From IMG/VR virus record IMGVR_UViG_3300032093_000174, positions 1-55,093 of that record: 55,093 nucleotides of DNA, one strand, 5' to 3'. Of this stretch, positions 32,303 through 42,843 are shown one piece after another (positions within the stretch are counted from its first letter, which is position 1; every line of letters starts with the position of its first letter). The notes beneath the pieces are model-generated. The model searched no databases. It was not told the origin of the DNA and saw only the letters and a list, made by a program, of their open reading frames with translations. This stretch comes from a virus. Lineage: Duplodnaviria; Caudoviricetes. The position numbers and the translations under genes are program-made.

Positions 32303-35300
32303 ATGGCGGTTCAAGACGCAGAACTTAAGCTGAAGGTAAGTCTTGACCTAGCTTTTTTTCGGCAGCAATTACTGGGACTAGGACAAGCGGCTGCTGGCAC
32401 TTCAGTGCCTATCCAAGTTAAGTTTGATCGTCGCACCATTCAAAATGAACTAAATACACTTGGGCGCAATATTAGTCAGCGCACATATCGACTAGAGGTT
32501 GCAACCAATATTGAAGCTGAAATTAGAAACGCACAAAAGCTTGCTAAGTTGCTGCGTGAAATGCCAGCAGGTTCAAGAGGTGTCGCGGGTGTAACCAGCA
32601 AAGGATTCGGCCAGAAAGCTTTTTTGGGCGTCTCTCCATCGGAAATCAAACAACTATACAAGGCCGCAGCAGATGCAGGTTTAGTTGCTTTCAGGGAGTC
32701 TATCGCCAATAACAAAAGAGAGATTGCCAAGGAACTTGGATTAGTTGGAAAGGATTCAATTGCTGGGTTAGTAAATGGCCTAAACAGTCAAAATCCCGCA
32801 CTCCGAAAAGCCGCCCAAACTCTTGGTGAAGATTTACTTGCATCTGTCAAGGGTGTTCTTGGCATTGCATCTCCTTCTCGTGAATTCAAAAAAATTGGTG
32901 AAAACGTAGGACAAGGTTTTCAGCAGGGCATGCTGTCCTCTATGGACAAAGCATTTGATGCCGTAGAAGACTTGATGCGAGCACGTATGAGAGTGCTCGA
33001 TACGATTGCTCGTGGAGTTTTTCGTTTTGTGGGAATGGATCCCGTCGCGTTGAGAGCAGAAGCTGCTCAGCGTCGCGCATTGCCTGGCGTTAACTTTCCA
33101 GCAACGGTACCATCCCGCAATATTCCCATCGGACCATCTGGCACTGGAAGAGCTCTTCCCCCCGGCGCCACTCCATCAGCACTGCCCGGCACCGCTTTTG
33201 GCTCTCAACGCTATCTCCCCACCGCCTTAAGTGATGAATTAAAAACAATCTTACGAGGAGCCGCTTTTGCTTTCGTTGATTCCATCAAGCAACAAACGAG
33301 AAGTGTTCGCGTTGGTCTTGCCGCATCACAGCAACCATTGCTAGGTGGAAGCCGCATCGCAGGACTGCTCCCCGCTGGCGTGGGGCGTGTTTCCAATGTG
33401 TATTCAACTGGTGCTATTGGAGGGGAAACACGAGCTGAAATGATGGCTCGTCGCGAACGTGAAGCACGTATGCGTTCAGCCTTGCGTGGAATGGATGTTA
33501 TGGGCGGCGGCGCTGGCCGCCCTGCCGCTCCTTATAGCTATTCGTATAGAGGCGCACGTCCCACAGGTGCCATTATTCCTTACGCAGCGGCGGGAGCATT
33601 GGTGGCGCAACCGGGCGGCCCTCCCAGCGGTCCTCCAGGGGGCGGTGGCGGCCTGAGAGGAATGGTTGGTCAGTTTAGTCGAGCGCTTGGAAACATTCAA
33701 TTACCCGGCGCCGGAATGGTGCGCGAACTGGGCGATGAATTCGGCATGGCAACAAAACAAGTGTTGCTGTTTGGTACTGCCTATAAGGCCCTGGCTTTTG
33801 CCACGTCTTTCCCTGCACAAGTAGGACAAGCAGTTGGCGCACTACAGACTTTCAATAACACGCTCAAGGCAATTTCCCCTACCGCACAAGAGGTGAAGAG
33901 TTCTAACAAATTAATTCTAGATCTGGTTGATAAGTATAACGTGCCATTGCAGTCAGCTCGCGATGGATTTACCAAACTGTATGCTTCAATGCAACCGGCG
34001 GGTTTTAGTGGCGATGAAGTGAGGGCTGTCTTTACTGGCATCAGCAAGGCCGCCGCTGCATTTGGCATGAGCGCGGACAAGGTTGATCGTGTGAACTATG
34101 CCTTTGCTCAGATGGCAAGCAAAGGTCAAGTAATGAGTGAAGAATTGAAGGGACAGTTAGGCGATGTTTTGCCTGGGGCGATGGCAATTTTCGCTGAAGC
34201 TGCTGGATTCAAGGGACCAGATGCCATTCAAAAATTCTCAGCAGCCCTGGAAGAAGGTGCATACAAAGGAAGGGCGATGAAAGTATTGCTGCAGAATGTT
34301 GGCACAATCATGAACAAGGAATTCGGTCCTGGCGCGGAGGGAGCAGCAAGAACATTCCAGGGCGCAATGAATCGTATGCAAAATTCACTTACGCTTCTTT
34401 ATGAAGGCTTTGAACCCATTGCTGTTGGATTCTTGAATGCTGTTGTAATGCCGTTGACGGATGGAATTAAGCAAGTAACAGATGGGCTGAATGCTTTCCT
34501 CACGGGCACCGCCGCTAAAACCACTGGTGGATTTGCTTTCGCGCAACAATTAACGCAACTGAAGCCAGCTTTCGATGGAATTACCGCAAACATCAGAACT
34601 ATTCTTCCATTGTTTTCTCAGTTTGGACAGATTGCACTTGGCGTAGGCAAGGTATTGCTGCAGATTGCAGGAAATCCTTTAGCGGGATATTTGGCGAGAA
34701 TCTATGCCATTGTTTTACCGCTGACAATTGCGTTTAGCGCCATACGAAATGTAATCACAGGTGTTGTCGCTTCTGTCATGAGCATGAACGGGGCCGTGTT
34801 GCTTGGCACTCAGCGACTAGCGACTTTCCGTTCGATCATGCAAGCGACTAACTTGACTGCTTCTCAGGTTGCTACAGGACTTCGCATTGCGACTGCGGCG
34901 TTTATGACGCTAGGTAGCGCGGGAGTTTTGCTGGCTATTGGCGCTCTGATTGAAAGAATGTTTGCCCTGAAAGGGGCGCTAGATAGTATCTCTCAGTCTA
35001 CCATTGCCATGAGGGGAAATATTTCTGGCATGGCAAATGCTGGAATGGTTGGTGGCCTTAAAAATGTCTCCAAGGATCTGCAAAATCAATTGCGCACATA
35101 TGAACAGCTCAAGCCACTTGTTGGCGGGGGCACATTTGGGCCGAAGCGTCAACCAAGTAAGCAAGAAGCGCAAAAAATGCAAGAATTGGGGCTTGGTGGC
35201 TTCCTGGGAACGGACATATTTGGCAAACCCTTTATCAACGATTTTGTAGATGCCTCGCGAATCGTGGAGGCAAGGATCCAGCAACTTCGCTCTAACATTC

Positions 35301-37588
35301 AAAACGTAAACCAAAAGCTTCCGCTTGCCACAAAGATTGCGGAAAGTATGAAGCCGCCCAGTGCTGCCGCCATTGCCCCTATTCCTCCTGGAGAAGGCAC
35401 AGATAAAGAAAAAGAAAAAGCAGCGCAAAAGGCCGCAGAAGATGCTCGCAAGCTTGCCGATGAAAAGCGTCGCTATGAAAGCGAACTGCTCAAGATCAAC
35501 GCAGCCCAAGCCATGGATCTAGACGATGCTGCCTTCGACCATTGGAAAACTTTGCAAGACGAAAAGTTCAACTATCTAGAGGCTGGACAAAATGCGTGGA
35601 TGAAGAACGAGCTAAAGCTACAGCGTGATTTACAGCAGATTGAAATTCAGCGAATTGAAGCCATTCGTAAAGCGCGTCAAGAAACACAGAAGGCCGAAGT
35701 AGAAGCCAATGCCAGGGCAATGGTTGCGCAAGAGCAAGCACCATTCGGCGGCGCTGCCACCTTTGGCGCAACGGGACGCAGTTTCAATGCACCGGGATGG
35801 GTGCATGGCCATTTCCAGAATATGGACAGAGCCTCACTGGTGCAAGATACCACCGACACCGTAATGCGACTGATCTCACAAGGTGTGCCGACAGAGCTTG
35901 GTAGCGGTCAGAAATTTACTAAGGGGATGGGGCGAGATCAAGTGGAGGCATTGGTCAAACGAGGTATTGGTTCGCACAAAAAATATGCAAGCGGAATAGG
36001 CGCCATTGATGTGTTTGTGCCGGAAGGCACGAAGGTGCCCATGCCCCTGTCCGGCGTGGGCAATCTTGGTGGCGCTGCTGGCATTAGCGGAAGACTGTCT
36101 GGAGGCACGCAGTTGATGCACTTGGCTGTTGGTTCGCGTTCTTCTACAGAAGGCAATGCAGCGCGTCAGCGCAAGGAAGTAACAAAAGATCATAATGCAC
36201 AGTTAGCAGTCATTGGGGCTATTAACAAGAAAGAGCTAGAGGCGGCGCAAATCAAGCTTTCCAATGAAGCGGCGCAGCAAAAAGTAAATACGGCCATCAA
36301 AGAATATGTTGCCTCCATTGCCCCCGTAGAACAGCAAAAGCTGGAGAACTCCTTATTGGCCACACGCATCAAACTTATGCGATCTGGCGCTTTTGGGGAA
36401 TCGCTGGACGTTCAAATGCAAATGGCTGAAGCTGAAACCAAGAGAGTTTTGGGGGTGCAACTTGCCACTGCAGCCATTGTAGATAATGAAGCCAAGATAA
36501 AGGCCAACAATGAAGCAGTGAAAATTGGTGCCAAAGGCATCGCGCAAGCCAATGCTGAAAACGAAGTGTATGCTCGTGGGATCGCCACCAATACGCAAAA
36601 AATTGGCGAACTAAATCAGGCTACGCAGGATTACATTCCCACCCTTCAAGAGAAGTTGCGTCTCGCGCAGCAAGCGGCAGAAGTGGAACTTCAAGGTGCA
36701 ATTCAACAAGCCACGCCACTTGGCGGACGCGGACTTTCGCTGGGTTTTATTGGAGAATCAGGCGAGCAGGCCGCTTCCGCCTTTGACCGTGCCATTGGGG
36801 CGGGAAAAACTCAAGAGCAAGCAAAAGCCGATGCACAATACTTTGGTGAGCTTCAGAATAAACTCACGCTTCTTGAAGCACGCAACAATGCCATTAAAAG
36901 TTCCATCATGGGTATTGGCGATGCTTTTGCTACTGCAATGACAACAGGCGTGGCAAGCTTGATTGATGGCACCGCCAGCGCCCAGGAAGTATTTTCTAAT
37001 TTCCTGAAGAGCATTGGACAGGCTCTGACCCAGGCTGCTGCTCAAATGATCGCCACTTACATTGCTATTGGCATTGCTCGTATCTTTGCTGGCATGAGCG
37101 GCGGCGGTGGTCTTGAAGCAAGAACTCCTTCTGGCAATGCGGCGTTTATGGATAGAGTGAGCAAGCTGGATTTGGCGGGTAGTGCCTACGCAAACGGTGG
37201 AATAGCTTTTGGCGGCTTCCGGGCGTTTGCCAATGGTGGCGTGGTCAATGGCCCCACTCTTGGCTTGGTAGGCGAAGGCAAGTACAACGAAGCTATTGTT
37301 CCATTGCCTGATGGCAAGAGCATTCCCGTGATGATGCGCGGTGGGCAGCCAAGCTCTCGCGACCTCATCGGCGGATCCATGAGCCAAGCGATGGCGCCTG
37401 TTCTCAGCATGAGCTTTGAAAGTACCACTATCAATGGAGTGGAATATGTGAGCAGGGATCAGTTGGAGCAAGCTATGATGGATACACGCAAGGCCGCCGC
37501 AAGAGAAGGCGCCGCTCGTGGCGCTACTTTGGCTATTGACAAGCTTCAACAAAGCCCTAGCACTCGCAGGCGCATTGGACTGTCGTAA
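32303..37588 (+). CDS. tape measure protein
   Basis: 1761 aa, helical and Ala/Gly-rich; AFAQMASKGQVMSEELKGQLGD..PGA; FANGGVV.GPTL.LVGEG. Confidence 0.93.
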   Translation: MAVQDAELKLKVSLDLAFFRQQLLGLGQAAAGTSVPIQVKFDRRTIQNELNTLGRNISQRTYRLEVATNIEAEIRNAQKLAKLLREMPAGSRGVAGVTSKGFGQKAFLGVSPSEIKQLYKAAADAGLVAFRESIANNKREIAKELGLVGKDSIAGLVNGLNSQNPALRKAAQTLGEDLLASVKGVLGIASPSREFKKIGENVGQGFQQGMLSSMDKAFDAVEDLMRARMRVLDTIARGVFRFVGMDPVALRAEAAQRRALPGVNFPATVPSRNIPIGPSGTGRALPPGATPSALPGTAFGSQRYLPTALSDELKTILRGAAFAFVDSIKQQTRSVRVGLAASQQPLLGGSRIAGLLPAGVGRVSNVYSTGAIGGETRAEMMARREREARMRSALRGMDVMGGGAGRPAAPYSYSYRGARPTGAIIPYAAAGALVAQPGGPPSGPPGGGGGLRGMVGQFSRALGNIQLPGAGMVRELGDEFGMATKQVLLFGTAYKALAFATSFPAQVGQAVGALQTFNNTLKAISPTAQEVKSSNKLILDLVDKYNVPLQSARDGFTKLYASMQPAGFSGDEVRAVFTGISKAAAAFGMSADKVDRVNYAFAQMASKGQVMSEELKGQLGDVLPGAMAIFAEAAGFKGPDAIQKFSAALEEGAYKGRAMKVLLQNVGTIMNKEFGPGAEGAARTFQGAMNRMQNSLTLLYEGFEPIAVGFLNAVVMPLTDGIKQVTDGLNAFLTGTAAKTTGGFAFAQQLTQLKPAFDGITANIRTILPLFSQFGQIALGVGKVLLQIAGNPLAGYLARIYAIVLPLTIAFSAIRNVITGVVASVMSMNGAVLLGTQRLATFRSIMQATNLTASQVATGLRIATAAFMTLGSAGVLLAIGALIERMFALKGALDSISQSTIAMRGNISGMANAGMVGGLKNVSKDLQNQLRTYEQLKPLVGGGTFGPKRQPSKQEAQKMQELGLGGFLGTDIFGKPFINDFVDASRIVEARIQQLRSNIQNVNQKLPLATKIAESMKPPSAAAIAPIPPGEGTDKEKEKAAQKAAEDARKLADEKRRYESELLKINAAQAMDLDDAAFDHWKTLQDEKFNYLEAGQNAWMKNELKLQRDLQQIEIQRIEAIRKARQETQKAEVEANARAMVAQEQAPFGGAATFGATGRSFNAPGWVHGHFQNMDRASLVQDTTDTVMRLISQGVPTELGSGQKFTKGMGRDQVEALVKRGIGSHKKYASGIGAIDVFVPEGTKVPMPLSGVGNLGGAAGISGRLSGGTQLMHLAVGSRSSTEGNAARQRKEVTKDHNAQLAVIGAINKKELEAAQIKLSNEAAQQKVNTAIKEYVASIAPVEQQKLENSLLATRIKLMRSGAFGESLDVQMQMAEAETKRVLGVQLATAAIVDNEAKIKANNEAVKIGAKGIAQANAENEVYARGIATNTQKIGELNQATQDYIPTLQEKLRLAQQAAEVELQGAIQQATPLGGRGLSLGFIGESGEQAASAFDRAIGAGKTQEQAKADAQYFGELQNKLTLLEARNNAIKSSIMGIGDAFATAMTTGVASLIDGTASAQEVFSNFLKSIGQALTQAAAQMIATYIAIGIARIFAGMSGGGGLEARTPSGNAAFMDRVSKLDLAGSAYANGGIAFGGFRAFANGGVVNGPTLGLVGEGKYNEAIVPLPDGKSIPVMMRGGQPSSRDLIGGSMSQAMAPVLSMSFESTTINGVEYVSRDQLEQAMMDTRKAAAREGAARGATLAIDKLQQSPSTRRRIGLS

Positions 37589-37590
37589 TC

Positions 37591-37974
37591 ATGGCTACCT
37601 TCCCTGCAATCAGGCCCACGCGACGCTCCTTCACCTTCGGGGAATACCCCGTGAAGGCTTATCGCGCATTATCCGGCAAGGTGGTACGCAGAAGCTTTGG
37701 CAGCAAGCCTTATGGTCATTTGCTTGAGCTTATGTTTGAAGGCATTGACGATAACGTGGTGAATCAGTTGTTTGATCATTACAACATCCAGCAAGGCGTT
37801 ACGATTGGTTTCACGCTGCCTGATGAAGTGTTTTCTGGTATTTCTTCTGAACTGAGAGGCAAACTACAGGCGCCTTCTTCTATTGAATGGACTTACGCGG
37901 AAACGCCCACGGTGGAAAGCATTTACAGCGGGCGTAGCAATGTGACCATCAAGCTAACTGGAGAGTTTGCTTAA
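37591..37974 (+). CDS. distal tail / minor tail protein
   Basis: Directly after the tape measure gene; size. Confidence 0.6.
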   Translation: MATFPAIRPTRRSFTFGEYPVKAYRALSGKVVRRSFGSKPYGHLLELMFEGIDDNVVNQLFDHYNIQQGVTIGFTLPDEVFSGISSELRGKLQAPSSIEWTYAETPTVESIYSGRSNVTIKLTGEFA

Positions 37975-38489
37975 TGGAAGCCATCCGCATTGTCCAATAT
38001 TTTGCCTTGCGTACTTATGCCAGCTCGTTCAACTGGCAACAAGCTGATGACTCCAACTTCAACAAAGATAGGGTGTACAACCACTACTATCAAAACTTCT
38101 TTGTTGGCGCAACGAGGGAATGGAACGGTCAACAATATGCCTTTGCGCCATTTCGGGCAGAAGGCACCATGTCATCCTTGGGAGGCGACAATCCCCTAGT
38201 GCAAGTATTGTTTCCCAACGTGGAAGTAGCCATTCGCTTTGTTGAACAGGGTAACGGCAACAGGCTTAGCCGTCTTACGCTTTCTACTGTTTGGCTCAAT
38301 GCTGCACTCAATCAGATTAAGGCATACGAAGAGCGCTATGTAGGAGTGGGCGCTAGCTTTTCTGACACCACCATTGAACTTCGCTTTAGAAGTGCCATGG
38401 ACAGCGTAGGGGCTCAATTCCCCGCTCGCAAACTGAGCCGCAGCAACGTAGGCATACTACCATTGAGCGCAGACATCTCTCTTCGCTAA
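37974..38489 (+). CDS. minor tail (gpL-like) protein
   Basis: W.GQ.Y…PF; S.MD.V..QFP.R; position. Confidence 0.55.
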   Translation: MEAIRIVQYFALRTYASSFNWQQADDSNFNKDRVYNHYYQNFFVGATREWNGQQYAFAPFRAEGTMSSLGGDNPLVQVLFPNVEVAIRFVEQGNGNRLSRLTLSTVWLNAALNQIKAYEERYVGVGASFSDTTIELRFRSAMDSVGAQFPARKLSRSNVGILPLSADISLR

Positions 38490-38884
38490 TGGCTATCAAC
38501 TATTCCGACCTCATCGGCTTGAGGCATAAATATGCAGCTTCTCCTGAAGACGGTGAAGGCTGCACTGATTGCTGGTTGTTGTGCGTGGAAGTGAGAAATC
38601 GTCTTGGCTTAAGAGATTTGCGCGAGGTGTTTCCTTTTGTTTACAACGACTACAAAGAAGAAGAACTCACCATTCGTCGTATCTTGCGCTGGTTGCTTAC
38701 TTATGGAGAGGTGTTGACAGAGCCGCGTCCCGGTGCATTGTTCTATCTTCCTGGCGCCAATTCGCTTCTTGCCATGGCAGTCGTAGCTGATGATGGCAAC
38801 TGCCTTTTTCTTGGCCAGAGTAAGATGGTGGTTGCAGCACCATTGGCAATGGTGCGACCAAAGAAATTTTTCTGGGCAGAATAA
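38489..38884 (+). CDS. NlpC/P60-like tail-tip assembly protein (gpK-like)
   Basis: LIG…G.TDCW.L…V…LG. Confidence 0.6.
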   Translation: MAINYSDLIGLRHKYAASPEDGEGCTDCWLLCVEVRNRLGLRDLREVFPFVYNDYKEEELTIRRILRWLLTYGEVLTEPRPGALFYLPGANSLLAMAVVADDGNCLFLGQSKMVVAAPLAMVRPKKFFWAE

Positions 38885-41800
38885 TGAGCGACAATCAAAG
38901 AAGGCTTCTTCCTTACGAGCATCAGCTAGTAGAGGCTCTTGGTATTACGAAAGAAGACTATCTTGATTTTGTTGCACAACAACACGTTTATAGGGATGTG
39001 AAGGAAGGAACTGTTTTAGATGTCAGAAACTGGGAAGTTGTCGCCATTGTCTTGACGGTTATTGGCGTATTGTTTCAAGTGGCGGCAGTGCTGTTTGCTC
39101 CCAAGCCACAGACCCCAACGATAGCAGGACAAGGCTCGCAATCACGAGACGATATTTTTGCTCCGCGTTTTGGCTTCAATAGTGCTCAGCAGCTCGCTGC
39201 CTATGGCGAACCCATTCCCCTTGTCTACACCAACACTGCGACAAATCCTGCAGGAGGCGTGCGCGTTGCCTCCAATCTTGTGTGGTCAGCAGTGCAGAGC
39301 TATGGAAGCAGTCAGTTTGTTCAGCTTATGTTTGTCATTGGTGCAGGGGGAATGCGCACTGTTGATCTTGCTAAAAGTGCGTTTGGACAGGTGCCGTTGC
39401 GTGATTTAGTAGCACAAAGTTACTGGGCCTATTTCAACCCCAACGCCACTGGATCTCTTCAAAATAATCATTTACTGCCGCCTCTTGCAGGCCCTCAAAT
39501 TTCCGATCCATCGTTCGCTGGAAGTACCCAAGATAATCCCTATCGCATTAGAGATGGAATAAATGGCGACAAGCTGGATGGCTTTAGTCATGCCTATTCA
39601 CCTTCTGCATCAGCCACGTTTGGTATTTATGGCGTAGTGCCTATCAATGTGGAATATTCAGTGAGGGATCCAGAAGGCAATCTTCGCTGGGACTTCAACC
39701 GCATTTTTTCTCGCCCTGCATGGAATCCAATCACACGCGATGTCAAGGTTGGAGATCAGCGTGTTGTTTGGCTTGAGCAGTGGTCTGGCCCTCGTGAAGG
39801 GCACTTTCCTGAAGCCACTGATCAAGTTAACAATTTACGCCAAACTTTGGCCAATGTGTTTGATGCCGGAAGTTTATTCAAGCTTGGTTCTGCTGAATAT
39901 CGCATTCTTTCTATCAATAAAAATGATATTTTCAATGACAGCATGGTGGTAGTGCTTGAATGCACAAAGGCAGGAGCTCTTCCCCTGGTGGACTATAACA
40001 GTACGGCCGAGCAAGATTTGAATCCCGCCGATTTTTTCGTAAAAGCTTTAGTGCGTATTGAAAAAGCATCTTACGAAACAGTGTCCGCTTGCCGGATAGT
40101 TGACTTTTCAATCAAGGCCAAAGTGTTTAAGCGCATTTCAGGAAGGCAGCAATCATACGGAAGCAACCAGCAACAAGGCTATGCAAGTTCAGACAATGGC
40201 CTCAAACGGCGTTCTGCAATGTTTATTGTTCATTTCAAACGCACCACCGAAGCAAACTATCGCACCATTACTGGCATCTTTGTTGTGGCGAGAGCTGCGG
40301 ACATTGAAAATTTTGTCTATTTTCGTTTCGATTCTCAGAGTGAAGCCTCTAACTGGCAATTTGTTTTTGAGCCGGTCGCTGATGCGCCTACTGAGTTTGA
40401 CACCCGTCCCGAATTGCTAGATGAGTATAACAATCGCGTGTGTTATTTCCTGGAGAACTCAGGGGCAGTTGTGCGATTTCCAGCCCAGCGGAATAGCCTT
40501 GGGGGCAGCTTGGAAGCGTTTGAATACAGAGGAACGGTCTATGTGTCTACCAATAAGGGATGGCCTGCGCCTGATCGGGGCAACAATCCACTTGGCACCA
40601 CTGAATGGGCGATATTTGCAAATCAATCAGACACGCAGTTGCAACATTCCTTTGACAATGGCCCGGAGTTTTCATTGGCAGCAATCACAGAGCAAATTGT
40701 CGAGCCATTCTCTTCTTTTTCGTCGCTCTACCAAGGGCTGTCTTTGTTCGGCTTCAATATGTACTCAGGCAAGACCATTCAAGACTTGCGCTCGTTTACG
40801 TTGTTCGTAGACCAAGGTAGAGAATGTCGCACTCTTAGCACCACTTCCCCTGGCTCTATTTCTCCATTTCCCAATGAATGTCCATGCAATGCCCCGGACA
40901 TTTTCTTGGACACGATTCTGGATACTACTGATGGTATTGGCCAGTTCGCTAGTTTGCATTCCGTAGATGTAGAGCAACTAGCTTTTAGTAAGCGCTTTTG
41001 CCAAGCTAATCAACTATTCATGGATGGCGTAATTGCAGAACCCACAGCATGGCGTGAATTCTGGGCTGTTAATGCTGGCTTCAGCTTACTGGAGCTTGCC
41101 AAGATTGGCGGCAAAGATACGCTAATTCCTGCGGTGCCTTATGATAAGAACAATGGGCAGATCAACGGCACCATTATCGTCTCGGCATTGTTCAATCAAG
41201 GAAATATTCTTGAAGATAGCTACAAGGAAGAATTTATTGACTATGGCAACGGCACGCAGGATGTAGTGCTAACTGGCATCTATCGCACATCAGAATCAGG
41301 TAGCGCCTTTGCCAAGAATTCAAGTGTGGAGGTTCAACTGGCCGACACTGTTGAAGGTGTGGCGTTGCGGGAGACTGTCGATATGTCTCGTTTTGTCACC
41401 ACTAAGGAACAGGCCGTTAAAGTGCTGAAATATTTATGCAATGTTCGTCGTCATTCCCGCCGCGCCATTGAATTCAAGACCTTCCCTACGGATAGTCCAG
41501 TGTTTCCCGGCGCCTATATCTATGTGGAGTTAGCGCAAAATCAATGGCAAAACATCTACTCAGGTATTATCGAGGACGATGGGCTTTTGAATTTGCCGCT
41601 GGTAGACAGCTTGCCCGATGACGACTATTCCATGATCATTTACTGGCCCAACTCTTCATCTACTTTCCCTGGTAATTTGGAAATAGCTGATGGCTTCTTG
41701 ACAGTGAGAGTGCGCAACGGAAGGGCCGTGAGACTGGAAAATGGCACAGAATGGAGCATTGCACAATGGAAAGGCTATTTATTTGTGCTCGGTAAGTCTG

Positions 41801-41967
41801 TACGCAATAAGCGCATTTTTCGCGTGACGGAGGTATCAATGGATGAAGAAGGGGAGACGACAGTTAAGGGCGTGGAACATGCCGATCAAAACGGCTCTTC
41901 CCTGATTGCACGAGGCATTGCGCAATATGTGCCAGGATTGTTCATGATTGACGGTCGCCCGGAATAA
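38884..41967 (+). CDS. central tail tip/hub protein (gpI/J-like)
   Basis: FGFNS.Q.LA.YGEPIPLVY; 1027 aa; position. Confidence 0.75.
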   Translation: MSDNQRRLLPYEHQLVEALGITKEDYLDFVAQQHVYRDVKEGTVLDVRNWEVVAIVLTVIGVLFQVAAVLFAPKPQTPTIAGQGSQSRDDIFAPRFGFNSAQQLAAYGEPIPLVYTNTATNPAGGVRVASNLVWSAVQSYGSSQFVQLMFVIGAGGMRTVDLAKSAFGQVPLRDLVAQSYWAYFNPNATGSLQNNHLLPPLAGPQISDPSFAGSTQDNPYRIRDGINGDKLDGFSHAYSPSASATFGIYGVVPINVEYSVRDPEGNLRWDFNRIFSRPAWNPITRDVKVGDQRVVWLEQWSGPREGHFPEATDQVNNLRQTLANVFDAGSLFKLGSAEYRILSINKNDIFNDSMVVVLECTKAGALPLVDYNSTAEQDLNPADFFVKALVRIEKASYETVSACRIVDFSIKAKVFKRISGRQQSYGSNQQQGYASSDNGLKRRSAMFIVHFKRTTEANYRTITGIFVVARAADIENFVYFRFDSQSEASNWQFVFEPVADAPTEFDTRPELLDEYNNRVCYFLENSGAVVRFPAQRNSLGGSLEAFEYRGTVYVSTNKGWPAPDRGNNPLGTTEWAIFANQSDTQLQHSFDNGPEFSLAAITEQIVEPFSSFSSLYQGLSLFGFNMYSGKTIQDLRSFTLFVDQGRECRTLSTTSPGSISPFPNECPCNAPDIFLDTILDTTDGIGQFASLHSVDVEQLAFSKRFCQANQLFMDGVIAEPTAWREFWAVNAGFSLLELAKIGGKDTLIPAVPYDKNNGQINGTIIVSALFNQGNILEDSYKEEFIDYGNGTQDVVLTGIYRTSESGSAFAKNSSVEVQLADTVEGVALRETVDMSRFVTTKEQAVKVLKYLCNVRRHSRRAIEFKTFPTDSPVFPGAYIYVELAQNQWQNIYSGIIEDDGLLNLPLVDSLPDDDYSMIIYWPNSSSTFPGNLEIADGFLTVRVRNGRAVRLENGTEWSIAQWKGYLFVLGKSVRNKRIFRVTEVSMDEEGETTVKGVEHADQNGSSLIARGIAQYVPGLFMIDGRPE

Positions 41968-42017
41968 CAACAGGCTATTAGAATGGCCTTATACTAAAAG
42001 AAAAGTGCTCACTGGCG

Positions 42018-42821
42018 ATGGCTATTTATACGGGCAATGATGGCACCATGTTTTTGGCCCCAACAGGCGGCACTGGCCTCGTGGGGGTATTTACCGTACC
42101 AGTGTGGTCTACAGGGGGTCGGTTGCCCATCAATATTGGAGAGATTTTTAACGTGGCCACGTTCCAGGGGAGCGGCAGAGGAGCGCAAGTAAGAGCTATT
42201 GACTTCATTCCTGCAGGCTCGGCCGATGGCACCATTTGCCGTTTCGAGGTGGTAGTAGGCGGCACTGGCTATGCAGTTGGCAATCAATTGGCATGGGCAA
42301 GAACATGGCAGCCCAATTTGTGGATACAAACCACGCCAACCATTGTCACGGAGAGTAATACTGCTGTCGTTGAAAACATTCTCGACACTACTGAAGATCC
42401 ATATCGAGTGGCCAAGATTCGCGGTTGGACATTAAACAGTAATTCTGAAGTGGTTGAAACCACAAGCCTTGGAGACACCACCAAAACATACGCCCCATCG
42501 ATTACATCCAATGACGGCACGGCAACGCTATTGTTTTACGAGCAGGATAGTGGTTTTGAACAGTTTGGAGACATTTATGAATACATTGATATTTTGTTTC
42601 CCACTACCACGCCTCGTGAAGTGCGTGTGAACCTGCTGATCAGCAAAGGAACGTTCACCAGGGACGGCGGTGATTATTGGAAGACCAATTTTGCCTTTAA
42701 TGCTTTTATTACTAGCGCAAGTATTGGTGTGTCTTATGGGGAAGTTGTAACTGTTGAAACTAACTTCACAGTGAATGGTCCGTTGAGAGATCGGCCATGG
42801 AAGGGCGGACAGGTTTATTGA
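42018..42821 (+). CDS. tail-tube-fold-like virion protein
   Basis: YTG.DG…WTL…VETTSLGD…G.ATL…A.ITSASIG…F..NG. Confidence 0.55.
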   Translation: MAIYTGNDGTMFLAPTGGTGLVGVFTVPVWSTGGRLPINIGEIFNVATFQGSGRGAQVRAIDFIPAGSADGTICRFEVVVGGTGYAVGNQLAWARTWQPNLWIQTTPTIVTESNTAVVENILDTTEDPYRVAKIRGWTLNSNSEVVETTSLGDTTKTYAPSITSNDGTATLLFYEQDSGFEQFGDIYEYIDILFPTTTPREVRVNLLISKGTFTRDGGDYWKTNFAFNAFITSASIGVSYGEVVTVETNFTVNGPLRDRPWKGGQVY

Positions 42822-42843
42822 TGCCTTTAGTGATTGACAAGGC

